DNA of 43,322 bases, taken from a virus. The stretch lies in the IMG/VR virus record IMGVR_UViG_3300045988_014780, positions 1 through 43,322 of that record; one strand, 5' to 3'. The notes under the pieces were generated by a model, which was not told where the DNA came from, ran no database searches, and worked only from the letters and a program-made list of their open reading frames with translations. Made by a program: the position numbers and the translations under genes. Shown here one piece after another: positions 1 to 8,431 of the stretch (positions are counted from its first letter, which is position 1; each line of letters begins with the position of its first letter).

Positions 1-99
1 AACCTGATGACCGCCCGATTCAGCGACCAGAGCGACAAAGATTTTTACCGGGCACAGAGCCGGTTTACGGGGCGGTTGGTGGAGTTCGCCAAAAAAAAC
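1..99. repeat. Terminal assembly overlap: bases 1-99 are identical to 43224-43322 (circular genome, unique length 43,223 bp)
   Basis: Read directly: the same 99 nt (aacctgatgaccgcccgattcagcgacc...ttcgccaaaaaaaac) is present at both ends and lies inside one continuous ORF. Confidence 0.95.
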
Positions 100-396
100 G
101 AGGTGCACGTGCATCTTGTGGCACACCCCCGGAAGGGCGACAGCGACAAAAAGAAGCTGCTGACCGCGGACGACATCGGCGGGTCGGCGGACATCACAAA
201 CCGGGCGGACAACGCCTTTTCTCTGGAACGGATGGAAGAAAAGGACATCGCGGCCTATGGCTATGACGCCGGGCTGAGCATCCTGAAGAACCGGTCCTAT
301 GGCTCAACGGCAAATATCCAACTGGTCTACGACGCGAGGTGCCGCCGGTACAAAAAGAAGGGAGAAAGCGATGGAGTCTACGGCTGGGAACGCTGA
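1..396 (+). CDS. Replicative helicase, C-terminal part (continuation of 42324-43223 across the circular junction)
   Basis: Frame is continuous with the ORF running off the 3' end. Motifs FLVDNLM (Walker B-like) and HVHLVAHPRK are typical of DnaB / T7-gp4-type phage helicases. Stop TGA at 394-396. Confidence 0.8.
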   Translation, partial: NLMTARFSDQSDKDFYRAQSRFTGRLVEFAKKNEVHVHLVAHPRKGDSDKKKLLTADDIGGSADITNRADNAFSLERMEEKDIAAYGYDAGLSILKNRSYGSTANIQLVYDARCRRYKKKGESDGVYGWER

Positions 397-496
397 CTGG
401 ACCGCTTATGAGCGGGAGAAGAAAAAGCTCCAGGGATTGCCGCCGGACGAATACGAGGCAGCCCTGAAAGAGCTGGCAAGGAGGATGGGAATTTGA
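371..496 (+). CDS. Hypothetical small protein (41 aa)
   Basis: Internal ATG at 371 within listed ORF 299-496. Overlaps the helicase stop and is coupled to the next gene (TTG 493 overlaps TGA). Confidence 0.3.
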   Translation: MESTAGNADWTAYEREKKKLQGLPPDEYEAALKELARRMGI

Positions 497-873
497 TTTT
501 TGAAATTCCGTATCCGTCCACCAAAAGGGGAAAAGCGGCCTGGAACAAGCGGTTTGGCCTGAATGCGTATTATGCCGGGAAACATTGGTCACAGCGGAAG
601 CGGGACGCAGAAGAACTCCACTCTCTGGCGCTGTGGTCCATGAAAAAGGCGCATATCCGAAAACAGTTCGTCAAAGGTCCTGTCGAAGTCATTTTCCGCT
701 GGAACGACGGCCTGGACGTGGACAATCACGCCGCCATGGGCAAGGCGTTTGTGGACGCCATGAAAGGCTACTTACTGCCGGACGACAACCGGGAATGGGT
801 GCGGAAAGTTTCTCATGAATTTTGGGAAAACGAGAGTATACAGGTGGAGGTAAGGCCCTATGGGCGAACTTGA
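493..873 (+). CDS. RusA-like Holliday-junction resolvase (putative)
   Basis: 126 aa. LDVDNHAAMGKAFVDAMKGYLLPDDN matches the RusA D-x-D-N...K..D....DD catalytic pattern, and the size is typical. Confidence 0.55.
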   Translation: MIFEIPYPSTKRGKAAWNKRFGLNAYYAGKHWSQRKRDAEELHSLALWSMKKAHIRKQFVKGPVEVIFRWNDGLDVDNHAAMGKAFVDAMKGYLLPDDNREWVRKVSHEFWENESIQVEVRPYGRT

Positions 874-1114
874 ACAATATCTGGTCCCCATCCGGCGGTA
901 TTCGGCCAACCCCTGCATGGATTGCTGCTGTCCGATCAGCCAGTGTCCATGGCTGCGTGAGGAAAAGCCAGTACCGGGCTGGACGGCCAAGAAACAGACG
1001 TTCATTGTTGGGAGAGATCAATACGGCGTAAAGCATTGGGTGACTACATACGCCATCGAGCGCTGCCCGCTGGAACAAGGTAAAGGGAAGAAGGAAGAGC
1101 AGTGGAGGAAATAA
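860..1114 (+). CDS. Hypothetical Cys-rich protein
   Basis: 84-aa ORF with ATG 860 overlapping the upstream stop. Same strand as the operon. Contains a CMDCCCPISQCPW cluster. Confidence 0.45.
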   Translation: MGELEQYLVPIRRYSANPCMDCCCPISQCPWLREEKPVPGWTAKKQTFIVGRDQYGVKHWVTTYAIERCPLEQGKGKKEEQWRK

Positions 1115-2178
1115 CGCTTTTTCAGGAGAAAAAAATCAGTGAGATCAAGCTAGATATCTATGGTGTACCTGATTTATCTAACTGGCCGCAGATTTTTGAA
1201 ATCCAAAACACAGCACAGAAATGCTACTACACTATAAAGCAGCACGAGAAGGTCATGTGCTCGGTTTCTGGGGGCTATGACAGCGATATTGTTCTGGACT
1301 TGGTCATTCGGTGTGGAGGCCGGGCTAAAACAACATTTGTGTTTAACGACACAGGTCTGGAATATGACGCTACGAAAGAGCATTTGATGCGCCTCAAAGA
1401 GCGTTATGGCATCCAGATCAAGCGACTTTTTCCCCAAAAGGCAATCCCGAGTTGTTGCCGAGATTATGGGGTTCCGTTCTGGTCCAAGTATGTGTCCAGC
1501 ATGATTTATCGGCTCCAGAAACACGGGTTCCAATGGGAGGATAAGCCGCTGGAAGTGTTGCTCGACAGATATCCTGGATGCCGCTCAGCGCTCAGGTGGT
1601 GGTGCAATGATTTCAAGACAGCTAACGGGAGAGAATCTAGGTTTAACATTGCGTATGTCAAAGGTCTGAAGGAGTTTATCCGGCAGAACCCACCAGATTT
1701 TAGGATTTCAGCCAAGTGCTGCGAGTATTCAAAAAAGGTGCCCGCACACAAGGAACTTTTAATTGGAGATTACGACCTTAACATCACTGGTATCCGCAAA
1801 AAAGAGGGTGGAACACGGAGCAGCGCCTATAAATCGTGTTATGACGAGATTTTTTGTGGCCCCGACAACTACCGTCCAGTCTTTTGGTGGGGAGATGCGG
1901 AAAAAGAGGCATATCGGAAATGGGCCGGAATCATCAGGTCAGACTGCTACGAATTGTGGGGTATGAAGCGTACAGGTTGTGCTGGCTGCCCGTTTGGAAA
2001 AGATTTTGAACAGGAGATTGATCTTGTCCATGAGTTTGAACCCAAGCGGTATAGAGCAATGGAGGCTGTCTTCGGGCAGTCATACGAGTACACAAGGCAG
2101 TTTTTAGCCTATAGGGAACAGATGAAAAGCCTGCAAAGAGATGCCAATCAAATAAGGCTGGAGGGATTTTATGAATGA
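1102..2178 (+). CDS. PAPS reductase family / PP-loop ATP-pyrophosphatase-like enzyme
   Basis: 358 aa. PP-loop motif CSVSGGYDSD near the N-terminus and C-terminal RTGCAGCPFG cysteine pair. Visibly lower GC than neighbouring genes. Confidence 0.8.
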   Translation: MEEITLFQEKKISEIKLDIYGVPDLSNWPQIFEIQNTAQKCYYTIKQHEKVMCSVSGGYDSDIVLDLVIRCGGRAKTTFVFNDTGLEYDATKEHLMRLKERYGIQIKRLFPQKAIPSCCRDYGVPFWSKYVSSMIYRLQKHGFQWEDKPLEVLLDRYPGCRSALRWWCNDFKTANGRESRFNIAYVKGLKEFIRQNPPDFRISAKCCEYSKKVPAHKELLIGDYDLNITGIRKKEGGTRSSAYKSCYDEIFCGPDNYRPVFWWGDAEKEAYRKWAGIIRSDCYELWGMKRTGCAGCPFGKDFEQEIDLVHEFEPKRYRAMEAVFGQSYEYTRQFLAYREQMKSLQRDANQIRLEGFYE

Positions 2179-2234
2179 TGTCAAGCGCGCCCTGCTGGGC
2201 GACCGCGCGATTCTGAGCACGGAGGAGACAAACG

Positions 2235-2429
2235 ATGCTTGAACTGAAACAATGCCCAAACTGCGGCGGTTTTCCAAGGCTACACAAAAAAAGAAACAAA
2301 GTTTTCTACGAGTACGATGGAGACTGCTGGACGAGGACGCGTGCCTATCACGAAGAAGCAGTCGCCGCCAGAGAATGGAACACTTTGAAAAAATCGGAGA
2401 AAACAGAGATGCTGGAGGGGATGGAATGA
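2235..2429 (+). CDS. Lar-family restriction-alleviation-like zinc-ribbon protein (copy 1, divergent)
   Basis: 64 aa. LKQCPNCGG ... EEAVAAREWN resembles the Lar CPxCG ... A..AWN pattern. ATG overlaps the preceding mini-ORF stop. Confidence 0.45.
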   Translation: MLELKQCPNCGGFPRLHKKRNKVFYEYDGDCWTRTRAYHEEAVAAREWNTLKKSEKTEMLEGME

Positions 2430-2728
2430 ACCTCGGAGAGTATTTTGGCATTGGAGAACCAGCTTTGCAAGTCAGAACAGACGAGGATGGAAACACCGTG
2501 GCCTCTGCAACGATACAGGCGGTTGTCCTCTGGAAAGAAGATATCAAAAACTACATCATGGACGAGATCATCAAGATGTGCAAGGAGCACGGAATTACGG
2601 ACCTGTATGTGCTGAACCGGGATTTCATCCTGTCGGCCATCAGGGAGAAGATGGAAAGGAGGCCCATCCATGAACATGACGCAGGAAGAAGTAACCAAGC
2701 GTCTGAAAGCGCTAAAGGCCAGATGTGA
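2426..2728 (+). CDS. Hypothetical protein
   Basis: ATGA start/stop overlap with the upstream gene (ATG 2426); 100 aa. Confidence 0.5.
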   Translation: MNLGEYFGIGEPALQVRTDEDGNTVASATIQAVVLWKEDIKNYIMDEIIKMCKEHGITDLYVLNRDFILSAIREKMERRPIHEHDAGRSNQASESAKGQM

Positions 2729-3029
2729 GCGTCTGATCGTGTCCAGTAGCGCAGGGAACCCGGAGGAATGGAGGAAGGATGCAGAGGCCATCGACATGGC
2801 AATCACCGCCCTCCGCCCCGTCAGCCGGGAGCAGGTGGAGAAGGTGTGGAGGGGTGAGTGGAATTATAGCCATACAACCGAAACAGACCACTTTGCTGTT
2901 GTTAAATGCTCAAAGTGTGGGCACGAAGCGTTTGCGATAGCCCTTTATGTGAAAGATGAAAATTTCTGTCCCCACTGCGGCGCTCCCATGACGGACGAGG
3001 CTGTGCAGATGGTAATGGAGAGATTATAA
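2670..3029 (+). CDS. Hypothetical zinc-ribbon protein
   Basis: 119 aa. RBS GGAAAGGAGG lies 7 nt upstream of ATG 2670. CSKCG...CPHCG pair present. Confidence 0.55.
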   Translation: MNMTQEEVTKRLKALKARCERLIVSSSAGNPEEWRKDAEAIDMAITALRPVSREQVEKVWRGEWNYSHTTETDHFAVVKCSKCGHEAFAIALYVKDENFCPHCGAPMTDEAVQMVMERL

Positions 3030-3045
3030 CTGGAGGCGGTGAACG

Positions 3046-3237
3046 ATGCGTAAAGGGTTAATTCTTATCATTGGCTTGATTGTTGGCTACGCAATAAGTT
3101 GGGCATTTACAGTCGGAATTATCAAGCTCATCACAATGTGCTTTTCCATCGAGTTTTCTTTGTCCGTTGCCACTGGGATATGGTTGGTCCTGTGGCTGCT
3201 GAAATTGGTTTTTCATAAGTCGAAAGGGAGGCGCTGA
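3046..3237 (+). CDS. Small membrane protein (two predicted TM helices)
   Basis: 63 aa with hydrophobic stretches LILIIGLIVGYAISWAF and VATGIWLVLWLLKLVF. Preceded by the conserved GGAGGCGGTGAACGATG junction. Confidence 0.6.
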   Translation: MRKGLILIIGLIVGYAISWAFTVGIIKLITMCFSIEFSLSVATGIWLVLWLLKLVFHKSKGRR

Positions 3238-3240
3238 ACG

Positions 3241-3483
3241 ATGCGGATTGAGCGCAAGCGCTATGTGGTCATGCGGAAAAACAGAACAGAGGTTTGGTGC
3301 GGTCTAGCAAAGAATTTTAGTTTTCGCCCCATATCGGAAATAAAAGACGTTTCCGTCAAGACCTATCGTTCTGAGGCGCAGGCTAGAAGCGGATGTTCTT
3401 CGTGGGACAAAGACTTTGAAGTTGTTCCGGTAATCGAGATGATTGCGACTGAGGAGGCGCTGAAAAATGGCAAGGGCGATTGA
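3241..3483 (+). CDS. Hypothetical protein
   Basis: 80 aa, preceded by the conserved junction GGAGGCGCTGAACGATG. Confidence 0.55.
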   Translation: MRIERKRYVVMRKNRTEVWCGLAKNFSFRPISEIKDVSVKTYRSEAQARSGCSSWDKDFEVVPVIEMIATEEALKNGKGD

Positions 3484-3802
3484 CGGAGACGCACTTAAAA
3501 GATGGTGCGAAAAGATAATTGACCAAGCGTGCCATCCAGCAACCGTGCAGATCGGGGAGGTATTTCTGGACAAGGTGCGCTCTATGCCCACCCTCACCCC
3601 GTCGAACAAGCCGCTGACGCTGGAGGAACTGCGGGAGATGGGAGGACAACCGTATTGGCATGTTGGGTTACGGGAAGAAAGCCCCCCGCCACATTGGAAT
3701 ATCCTTGATCCGTTTTATGCAAAGCATATCGAGGATTACAGATACGGCGAGAACTGGCTCGCCTACCGCCGCCCGCCGGAGGGAGAGGAGGATTGGAAAT
3801 GA
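3467..3802 (+). CDS. Hypothetical protein with LTLEELREM...WLAYRRPPEGEED C-terminal module
   Basis: 111 aa. C-terminal module is shared with the next gene at both the protein and nucleotide level. Confidence 0.6.
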   Translation: MARAIDGDALKRWCEKIIDQACHPATVQIGEVFLDKVRSMPTLTPSNKPLTLEELREMGGQPYWHVGLREESPPPHWNILDPFYAKHIEDYRYGENWLAYRRPPEGEEDWK

Positions 3803-4350
3803 AAGTACCAGCGGAATTTGAAGAGGTTTTCCAAGGCGTGGAACTGACGGACAAAGAGGTCCGGTTTCTGGGGTGGATTATCGGCTGGGATAACTGGACG
3901 ATACAGAACATGCGAACGGTGCTACAGAAGGTCCGGGCCGCAGGGGACGGCGGCACCCTCCCCCAGCCCAGCAACGAGCCTCCGCCCTGCTACCGGCCAG
4001 ACGGAGATGGTTGTGCCTATCAGTGTTATGACGGCGATGACGAACCCATCGACAAATGCAAGGAGTGCCCGCTGTGTTACTCCGATAAGCAGCGACACAA
4101 GCCCAGCAACGAGCCGCTGACGCTGGAGGAACTGCGGGAGATGGACGGGGAGCCGGTGTGGTGTAAATGGCTACTCCCGGAAGATAGAGCCATTGAGCAG
4201 GGAAAGTGGTTTATCGTTATCTCCGGAGACGAGGCAGGGCTGGAGATAAAGAGGCCGGCCGAATACGGGTGTCATTTTTGCAAAATTGATGATTACGGCA
4301 AGACGTGGCTCGCCTACCGCCGCCCGCCGGAGGGAGAGGAGGACGCATGA
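3799..4350 (+). CDS. Hypothetical protein, paralogous C-terminal module
   Basis: ATGA overlap at 3799-3802. Contains SNEPLTLEELREMDGEPVW and WLAYRRPPEGEED. Confidence 0.6.
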   Translation: MKVPAEFEEVFQGVELTDKEVRFLGWIIGWDNWTIQNMRTVLQKVRAAGDGGTLPQPSNEPPPCYRPDGDGCAYQCYDGDDEPIDKCKECPLCYSDKQRHKPSNEPLTLEELREMDGEPVWCKWLLPEDRAIEQGKWFIVISGDEAGLEIKRPAEYGCHFCKIDDYGKTWLAYRRPPEGEEDA

Positions 4351-4589
4351 AACCGACTTGTATTACTTGCAAAGCTGATTGCCATAACGCCGGGACAACC
4401 TCCAGAATTGTGGATTGCTCACAGTACAAACCGGGGCGAATTTTGACCAATGCAGACCGGATCAGGGCCATGAGCGACGAGGAACTGTCGGATTGGGCCA
4501 TTAACAAAGCTCCGAGCATAGGTAAGCGTTACACAGATAGCAGACTATGGTTGCTGAACTGGCTCCAGCAGCCAGCGGAGGAGGATTGA
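4347..4589 (+). CDS. Hypothetical protein
   Basis: ATGA overlap at 4347; 80 aa. Contains CITCKADC and the motif NADRIRAMSDEELSDWA. Confidence 0.55.
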   Translation: MKPTCITCKADCHNAGTTSRIVDCSQYKPGRILTNADRIRAMSDEELSDWAINKAPSIGKRYTDSRLWLLNWLQQPAEED

Positions 4590-5071
4590 TGATGGACAGA
4601 GAGAAGCTGATTGAACGGCTGAAGCATGAGCATCACGGGTACAGCACTGTAGAAAATGATCCAGAGACAGCCTTTCACGATCTTGTGGATTGTCTGACCC
4701 ACATCTCCACGCTCCAGGCCGAAAACGAGAAGCTGCGGGGCGAAGTGGAAGGAATGCGGTCTAATTGGTATAAAGCCGGTGAGGGAGTAAAGAAGCTGCG
4801 GGCCAAGCTTGAGCAGGCCAGGGCAGAGATCACCCGTCTGAAACACTACGAGGACAAGTGCCACGACTGCCCTATCGTTTGCGCCAAAACGGAAATCATC
4901 AAGGCGCACGAGGAACTGGAAGCGGTGCAAGCTGAACTGGAACGGGTAAAACAGGAAAGGGATGCGGCGATAGACTGTATCTACAAAATTGAGGATGACC
5001 TTGACCGAGGAAATGACAATGACTGGGCCAGAGAGCATATTTCGGAATGGGAGAGCCAGAAGGAGGACTGA
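4589..5071 (+). CDS. Coiled-coil protein, unknown function
   Basis: ATG 4589 overlaps the upstream TGA. Heptad-like K/E/L-rich sequence (LQAENEKLRGEVEGM, ELEAVQAELERVKQERD). Confidence 0.6.
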   Translation: MMDREKLIERLKHEHHGYSTVENDPETAFHDLVDCLTHISTLQAENEKLRGEVEGMRSNWYKAGEGVKKLRAKLEQARAEITRLKHYEDKCHDCPIVCAKTEIIKAHEELEAVQAELERVKQERDAAIDCIYKIEDDLDRGNDNDWAREHISEWESQKED

Positions 5072-5073
5072 CA

Positions 5074-5235
5074 TTGAAATACAAAGTATCATTTAGCGGG
5101 TTTGCTTATGTTGAGGCGGATTCTCCGGAAGAGGCAGAGGAAAAAGCTATGTACGAGGATGATGCTGTTTATGAGGAAAAAAAGTGTGAGTCCGTAGAAG
5201 AAGTAGACGAGTTTGCGGTGAGTTTGGAGGATTGA
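5074..5235 (+). CDS. Small acidic protein
   Basis: TTG 5074 lies after RBS AGGAGGA (5061-5067). 53 aa and very acidic. The start is uncertain (listed ORF begins at 5047). Confidence 0.4.
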   Translation: MKYKVSFSGFAYVEADSPEEAEEKAMYEDDAVYEEKKCESVEEVDEFAVSLED

Positions 5236-5236
5236 C

Positions 5237-5722
5237 ATGGAACGGCTGAGTGACTTTGCTGCTGATATTATCAATGATCTGTATGAAAACTCTGATTGGT
5301 ACGGCGACTACTCTTTGATAGAAGCTGCCATTAACCGCCTCGCAGCCTACGAGGAGACGGGCCTGGAGCCGGAGGCAGTAGAGCACCTGAAACTTGCAAG
5401 CATGGGCAAGGCTATTGCAGAAATCAAAGAGTTTGATGGTGTCCCCATTGACCGCCTCCGCGAACTGGCCCAGGCGGACAGAGATGGGAAACTCCCAAAG
5501 TACACCATAGGCGATACAGTTTATGACCGTTTTGGAGACGCCTGGGAGGTCAGAACGGAAGAACTCCATCTACTTGACGGAAATCCAAACTGGATATACA
5601 GATGTGGCCATGCGGGGACGGATGATTACTGCGCTCTGTGGGAATTTAAGATTCTGTCCCGCGAGGAAGCCGAGGCCGCGCTAAGGAGGGAGCAGGATGA
5701 AAAAGGAGGAGGCTCAGAATGA
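5237..5722 (+). CDS. Hypothetical protein
   Basis: 161-aa ORF immediately following the previous stop. Confidence 0.6.
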   Translation: MERLSDFAADIINDLYENSDWYGDYSLIEAAINRLAAYEETGLEPEAVEHLKLASMGKAIAEIKEFDGVPIDRLRELAQADRDGKLPKYTIGDTVYDRFGDAWEVRTEELHLLDGNPNWIYRCGHAGTDDYCALWEFKILSREEAEAALRREQDEKGGGSE

Positions 5723-5798
5723 TATTTTTCGCTGGCCTGGATTTCTTTCTGGCGGCACTGAATGTTTATTTCGGTCTAAAAGAGAAAGGAGGCCGAGC

Positions 5799-6251
5799 AT
5801 GATAAACACCCATCCGACCCGGTGTAATATCTGCGGAGGGCCTGTCACTTATGGCTCTAATGCCCGTGTCTATGGCCGGGAGTACGGAAGTGGTTATTGC
5901 TATCTCTGTGAGCGGTGCGGGGCCTATGTGGGGACGCATAAGCCACGCCCACGGGAAGCGCTTGGGCTGCTGGCTGATGAGCCCATGAGGACCGGAAAGA
6001 AGATGTGCCACGCTCTCTTTGATCCACTCTGGCAGGGGAAGCCAAAGGCCCGCAAGAAGAGGAATGACCTCTACCGCTGGTTGGCTCATGAGATGGAGAT
6101 ACCCGTTGAAGATTGCCACTTCGGATACTTTGACATAGACCAGCTCCGGCGGGCGTACATCATACTACGCAACGTACAGGACAAGCAAATGCGGTATGAC
6201 AACTGTGGGAAAATATACTTTGAGGAGGCCGCCCATGTACGGAATAACTGA
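5799..6251 (+). CDS. Zinc-finger protein (DUF3268-like)
   Basis: RBS AAAGGAGG precedes ATG 5799. CNICGG...CYLCERCGAYVGTH...ALFDPLW...YRWLA resembles the DUF3268 zinc-ribbon family of phages. Confidence 0.5.
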   Translation: MINTHPTRCNICGGPVTYGSNARVYGREYGSGYCYLCERCGAYVGTHKPRPREALGLLADEPMRTGKKMCHALFDPLWQGKPKARKKRNDLYRWLAHEMEIPVEDCHFGYFDIDQLRRAYIILRNVQDKQMRYDNCGKIYFEEAAHVRNN

Positions 6252-6426
6252 CAAGAAAATTGCCCATGTCATCAGAGATGACAAAAATAATGGATTGTGC
6301 GGATTCTGGACAACCATCTGTGGGAAATGGATTCATCCAATATCCGTGTCCGATGAGTTGCCAGAAGGAGTCAGAATGTGCAAGCTGTGCTCCAAGAAGG
6401 AGGCCGACCATGAAGTTTCGGAGTAA
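6235..6426 (+). CDS. Hypothetical small protein
   Basis: RBS GAGGAGG precedes ATG 6235; 63 aa. Confidence 0.45.
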   Translation: MYGITDKKIAHVIRDDKNNGLCGFWTTICGKWIHPISVSDELPEGVRMCKLCSKKEADHEVSE

Positions 6427-7123
6427 GACGGGGGAAGTCGCATTTACCATTGACCAGGCATTAGAGCGGTTTTGCGATAGTAAAAAAGATTGCGACTATT
6501 GCGAACTTCGGGAACCCGTACAGCAATACAAAGGGACAAAGAGACCATGCCATGAATACGCAAGAGCCAACCCCCACGAAGCCGCCCGCCTGATGCGCTA
6601 CGAGGTGGTGGAGGATACATCTGAGGATGGTTACTTGTCAGAAGAAGAGTGCAAGGCCTACCGGGATATGCTTAACCAGAATGGAAAACCGATGGGAATT
6701 AACATCAGCGATTTGATGAAGGAGGCCAACATGGACAAGCCAAGAATTTGTGAGGTGCTGGGGGTTGAAATGGGAGAAAAATTTACCATTGCGGATACTG
6801 ACTATTGGATTGAAAAGAATGGAGCAATATTTTCAGATGGAAACCAAAGAGATTTGATAGGAGTTAGTCTTATCTGTAATGCCATCAACCACCCTGACCG
6901 CATCATCCGCAAGCCCCGCTGGACGGAGCAGGAGGTGGAGGATGCTAAGTACACAAAGCGTATTCTGGGAGTTGATGTGGTAAGCAGAAATGAATATGGC
7001 GGCGGATTAGTTGCCAGTCGGAGCGATGTGGGTGTTTCTATCGTAGTAAACCGAGAGTTGTTCCCCTCCCTCCGCCCCGGCGAAACCGTCACCCTTGACG
7101 AGATTATCGGAGGCGCGGAATGA
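6410..7123 (+). CDS. Hypothetical protein
   Basis: RBS AGGAGG precedes ATG 6410 (listed ORF starts at 6260); 237 aa. Confidence 0.6.
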   Translation: MKFRSKTGEVAFTIDQALERFCDSKKDCDYCELREPVQQYKGTKRPCHEYARANPHEAARLMRYEVVEDTSEDGYLSEEECKAYRDMLNQNGKPMGINISDLMKEANMDKPRICEVLGVEMGEKFTIADTDYWIEKNGAIFSDGNQRDLIGVSLICNAINHPDRIIRKPRWTEQEVEDAKYTKRILGVDVVSRNEYGGGLVASRSDVGVSIVVNRELFPSLRPGETVTLDEIIGGAE

Positions 7124-7428
7124 CCAGAGAAGAATATGAAAAGAAAATTGCGGCATTGGAACCGCTCGATGAGGAGAGGCGAAAAAGCGTGACGTGTGCG
7201 CTCCTTGGACATAGCCATATTACCACAGGTTGCTTCGGGTATGTCTACTGTGCACGGTGTGGAGAACAAATTGGGGATGTTCTGGGCGGCTGTTTCTATG
7301 ATCCGCTGGAAGTTCGTGTAGGTCATAATTGCCCAACTTGCAGAGCTAACTATGAGAAGCTTGGATGGGAAGATAAGATTCTGACTCCTGACCCGTTTTC
7401 GGATGAGAACAGCGGAGGTGCGGAATGA
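7120..7428 (+). CDS. Hypothetical Cys-rich protein
   Basis: ATGA overlap at 7120; 102 aa. Contains CARCG...CPTC. Confidence 0.6.
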   Translation: MTREEYEKKIAALEPLDEERRKSVTCALLGHSHITTGCFGYVYCARCGEQIGDVLGGCFYDPLEVRVGHNCPTCRANYEKLGWEDKILTPDPFSDENSGGAE

Positions 7429-7808
7429 AAAGTGAGATGAGGGCTTTATTGGGAATTTCGCAGCGAGAAGATAACCAGCAGGCCAAAGCCGACGCGGGGA
7501 CTCTCTCAAAGAATGGGATGATCTCTACCAACAAGGAAGGTGGGCAGCAACACCACAGACCCTATCGCTCTGAATGGCTCCCGCCCCGTGCCCTTTTGGC
7601 GGTATCACATGTGCGCTGGGAATCCGAGGCGGTGCATGGCTACAGTGAGGAAAACTACAAACTCATTTCAGCAAAGGAGCATGTTGGGCGGGCGATAACG
7701 CATCTTCTGGCATGGCTGGCAGGCGACACCTCAAACGACCATATGTCGCACGCTGCCACGCGGGTATTGTTCGCCCTGGAAATGGAGGAGGAAAGCAAAA
7801 ATGGATAG
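7425..7808 (+). CDS. DUF5664-like protein (dATP/dGTP diphosphohydrolase N-terminal-like), tentative
   Basis: ATGA overlap at 7425. [12 protein letters not shown]...EENYKL...[34 protein letters not shown] resembles that family pattern. Confidence 0.4.
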   Translation: MKSEMRALLGISQREDNQQAKADAGTLSKNGMISTNKEGGQQHHRPYRSEWLPPRALLAVSHVRWESEAVHGYSEENYKLISAKEHVGRAITHLLAWLAGDTSNDHMSHAATRVLFALEMEEESKNG

Positions 7809-8262
7809 AGAAATCCTTTTCAAAGCCAAGCGGCTGGACAATCGCGAATGGGTGGAAGGGTATTATATAGGCCCAATAGGCGTACTTGATGTACATGAAA
7901 TTTGTGATATTCATGATATTACAGGGCCGCGTGTTGAAGTTGATCCCTCCACGGTCTGCCAGTACACCAACATCGACATACGGCGGGAAGCGTGGCCGTC
8001 ATCCGAAGTACACAAGATTTTTACTGGCGACTGCTTGGGCGAATGGGGCGAGGATGAGGACGGTAACGAGTGCGTCTGTATCCTCGGTATTGTAACCTAT
8101 TGGGAAAGTGAAGGGCGCTATGTATTGGCAGACGAGGATGGATCGTGCAACGACTGGACGCTGGAGGATGAGGCACAACCGGAGAATTGGCCCAATCTCA
8201 TACACTGCGGCTCCATCCACGACGGGGAGGGAGGACGGCATGAGGGGGCAGAGCATGACTGA
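7801..8262 (+). CDS. YopX family protein
   Basis: [20 protein letters not shown] ... [12 protein letters not shown] ... IFTGD ... CGSIHDGE matches YopX hallmarks. Confidence 0.65.
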   Translation: MDREILFKAKRLDNREWVEGYYIGPIGVLDVHEICDIHDITGPRVEVDPSTVCQYTNIDIRREAWPSSEVHKIFTGDCLGEWGEDEDGNECVCILGIVTYWESEGRYVLADEDGSCNDWTLEDEAQPENWPNLIHCGSIHDGEGGRHEGAEHD

Positions 8263-8431
8263 AACCGAAGTGATCTCTATTGATCGTCACGGCCAGCGGA
8301 AGGAGTATCCGTCGATCAAATCTGCCGCAGAGGATGTTGGTGTTCGCCCCTGCCGGATTTCTACCGCCTGCGTTACCGCCCACCGCTGCGCGGGACGGTA
8401 TTGGATCAAGAAGGAGGATATGGATGGGTGA
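8240..8431 (+). CDS. Small protein with NUMOD1/IENR-like DNA-binding motif (tentative)
   Basis: RBS GGGAGGGAGGA precedes ATG 8240 (alternative ATG at 8255). YPSIKSAAEDVGVRPCRISTAC...GRYW resembles the NUMOD1 HTH. Confidence 0.4.
   Translation: MRGQSMTETEVISIDRHGQRKEYPSIKSAAEDVGVRPCRISTACVTAHRCAGRYWIKKEDMDG

Noticed and set aside
1-99. Terminal repeat as a genuine DTR or cos end
   Set aside because: It lies in the middle of the helicase reading frame, and its length of 99 bp fits a fixed-length assembler overlap (inference). The PBSX-type terminase also predicts headful packaging without fixed ends.
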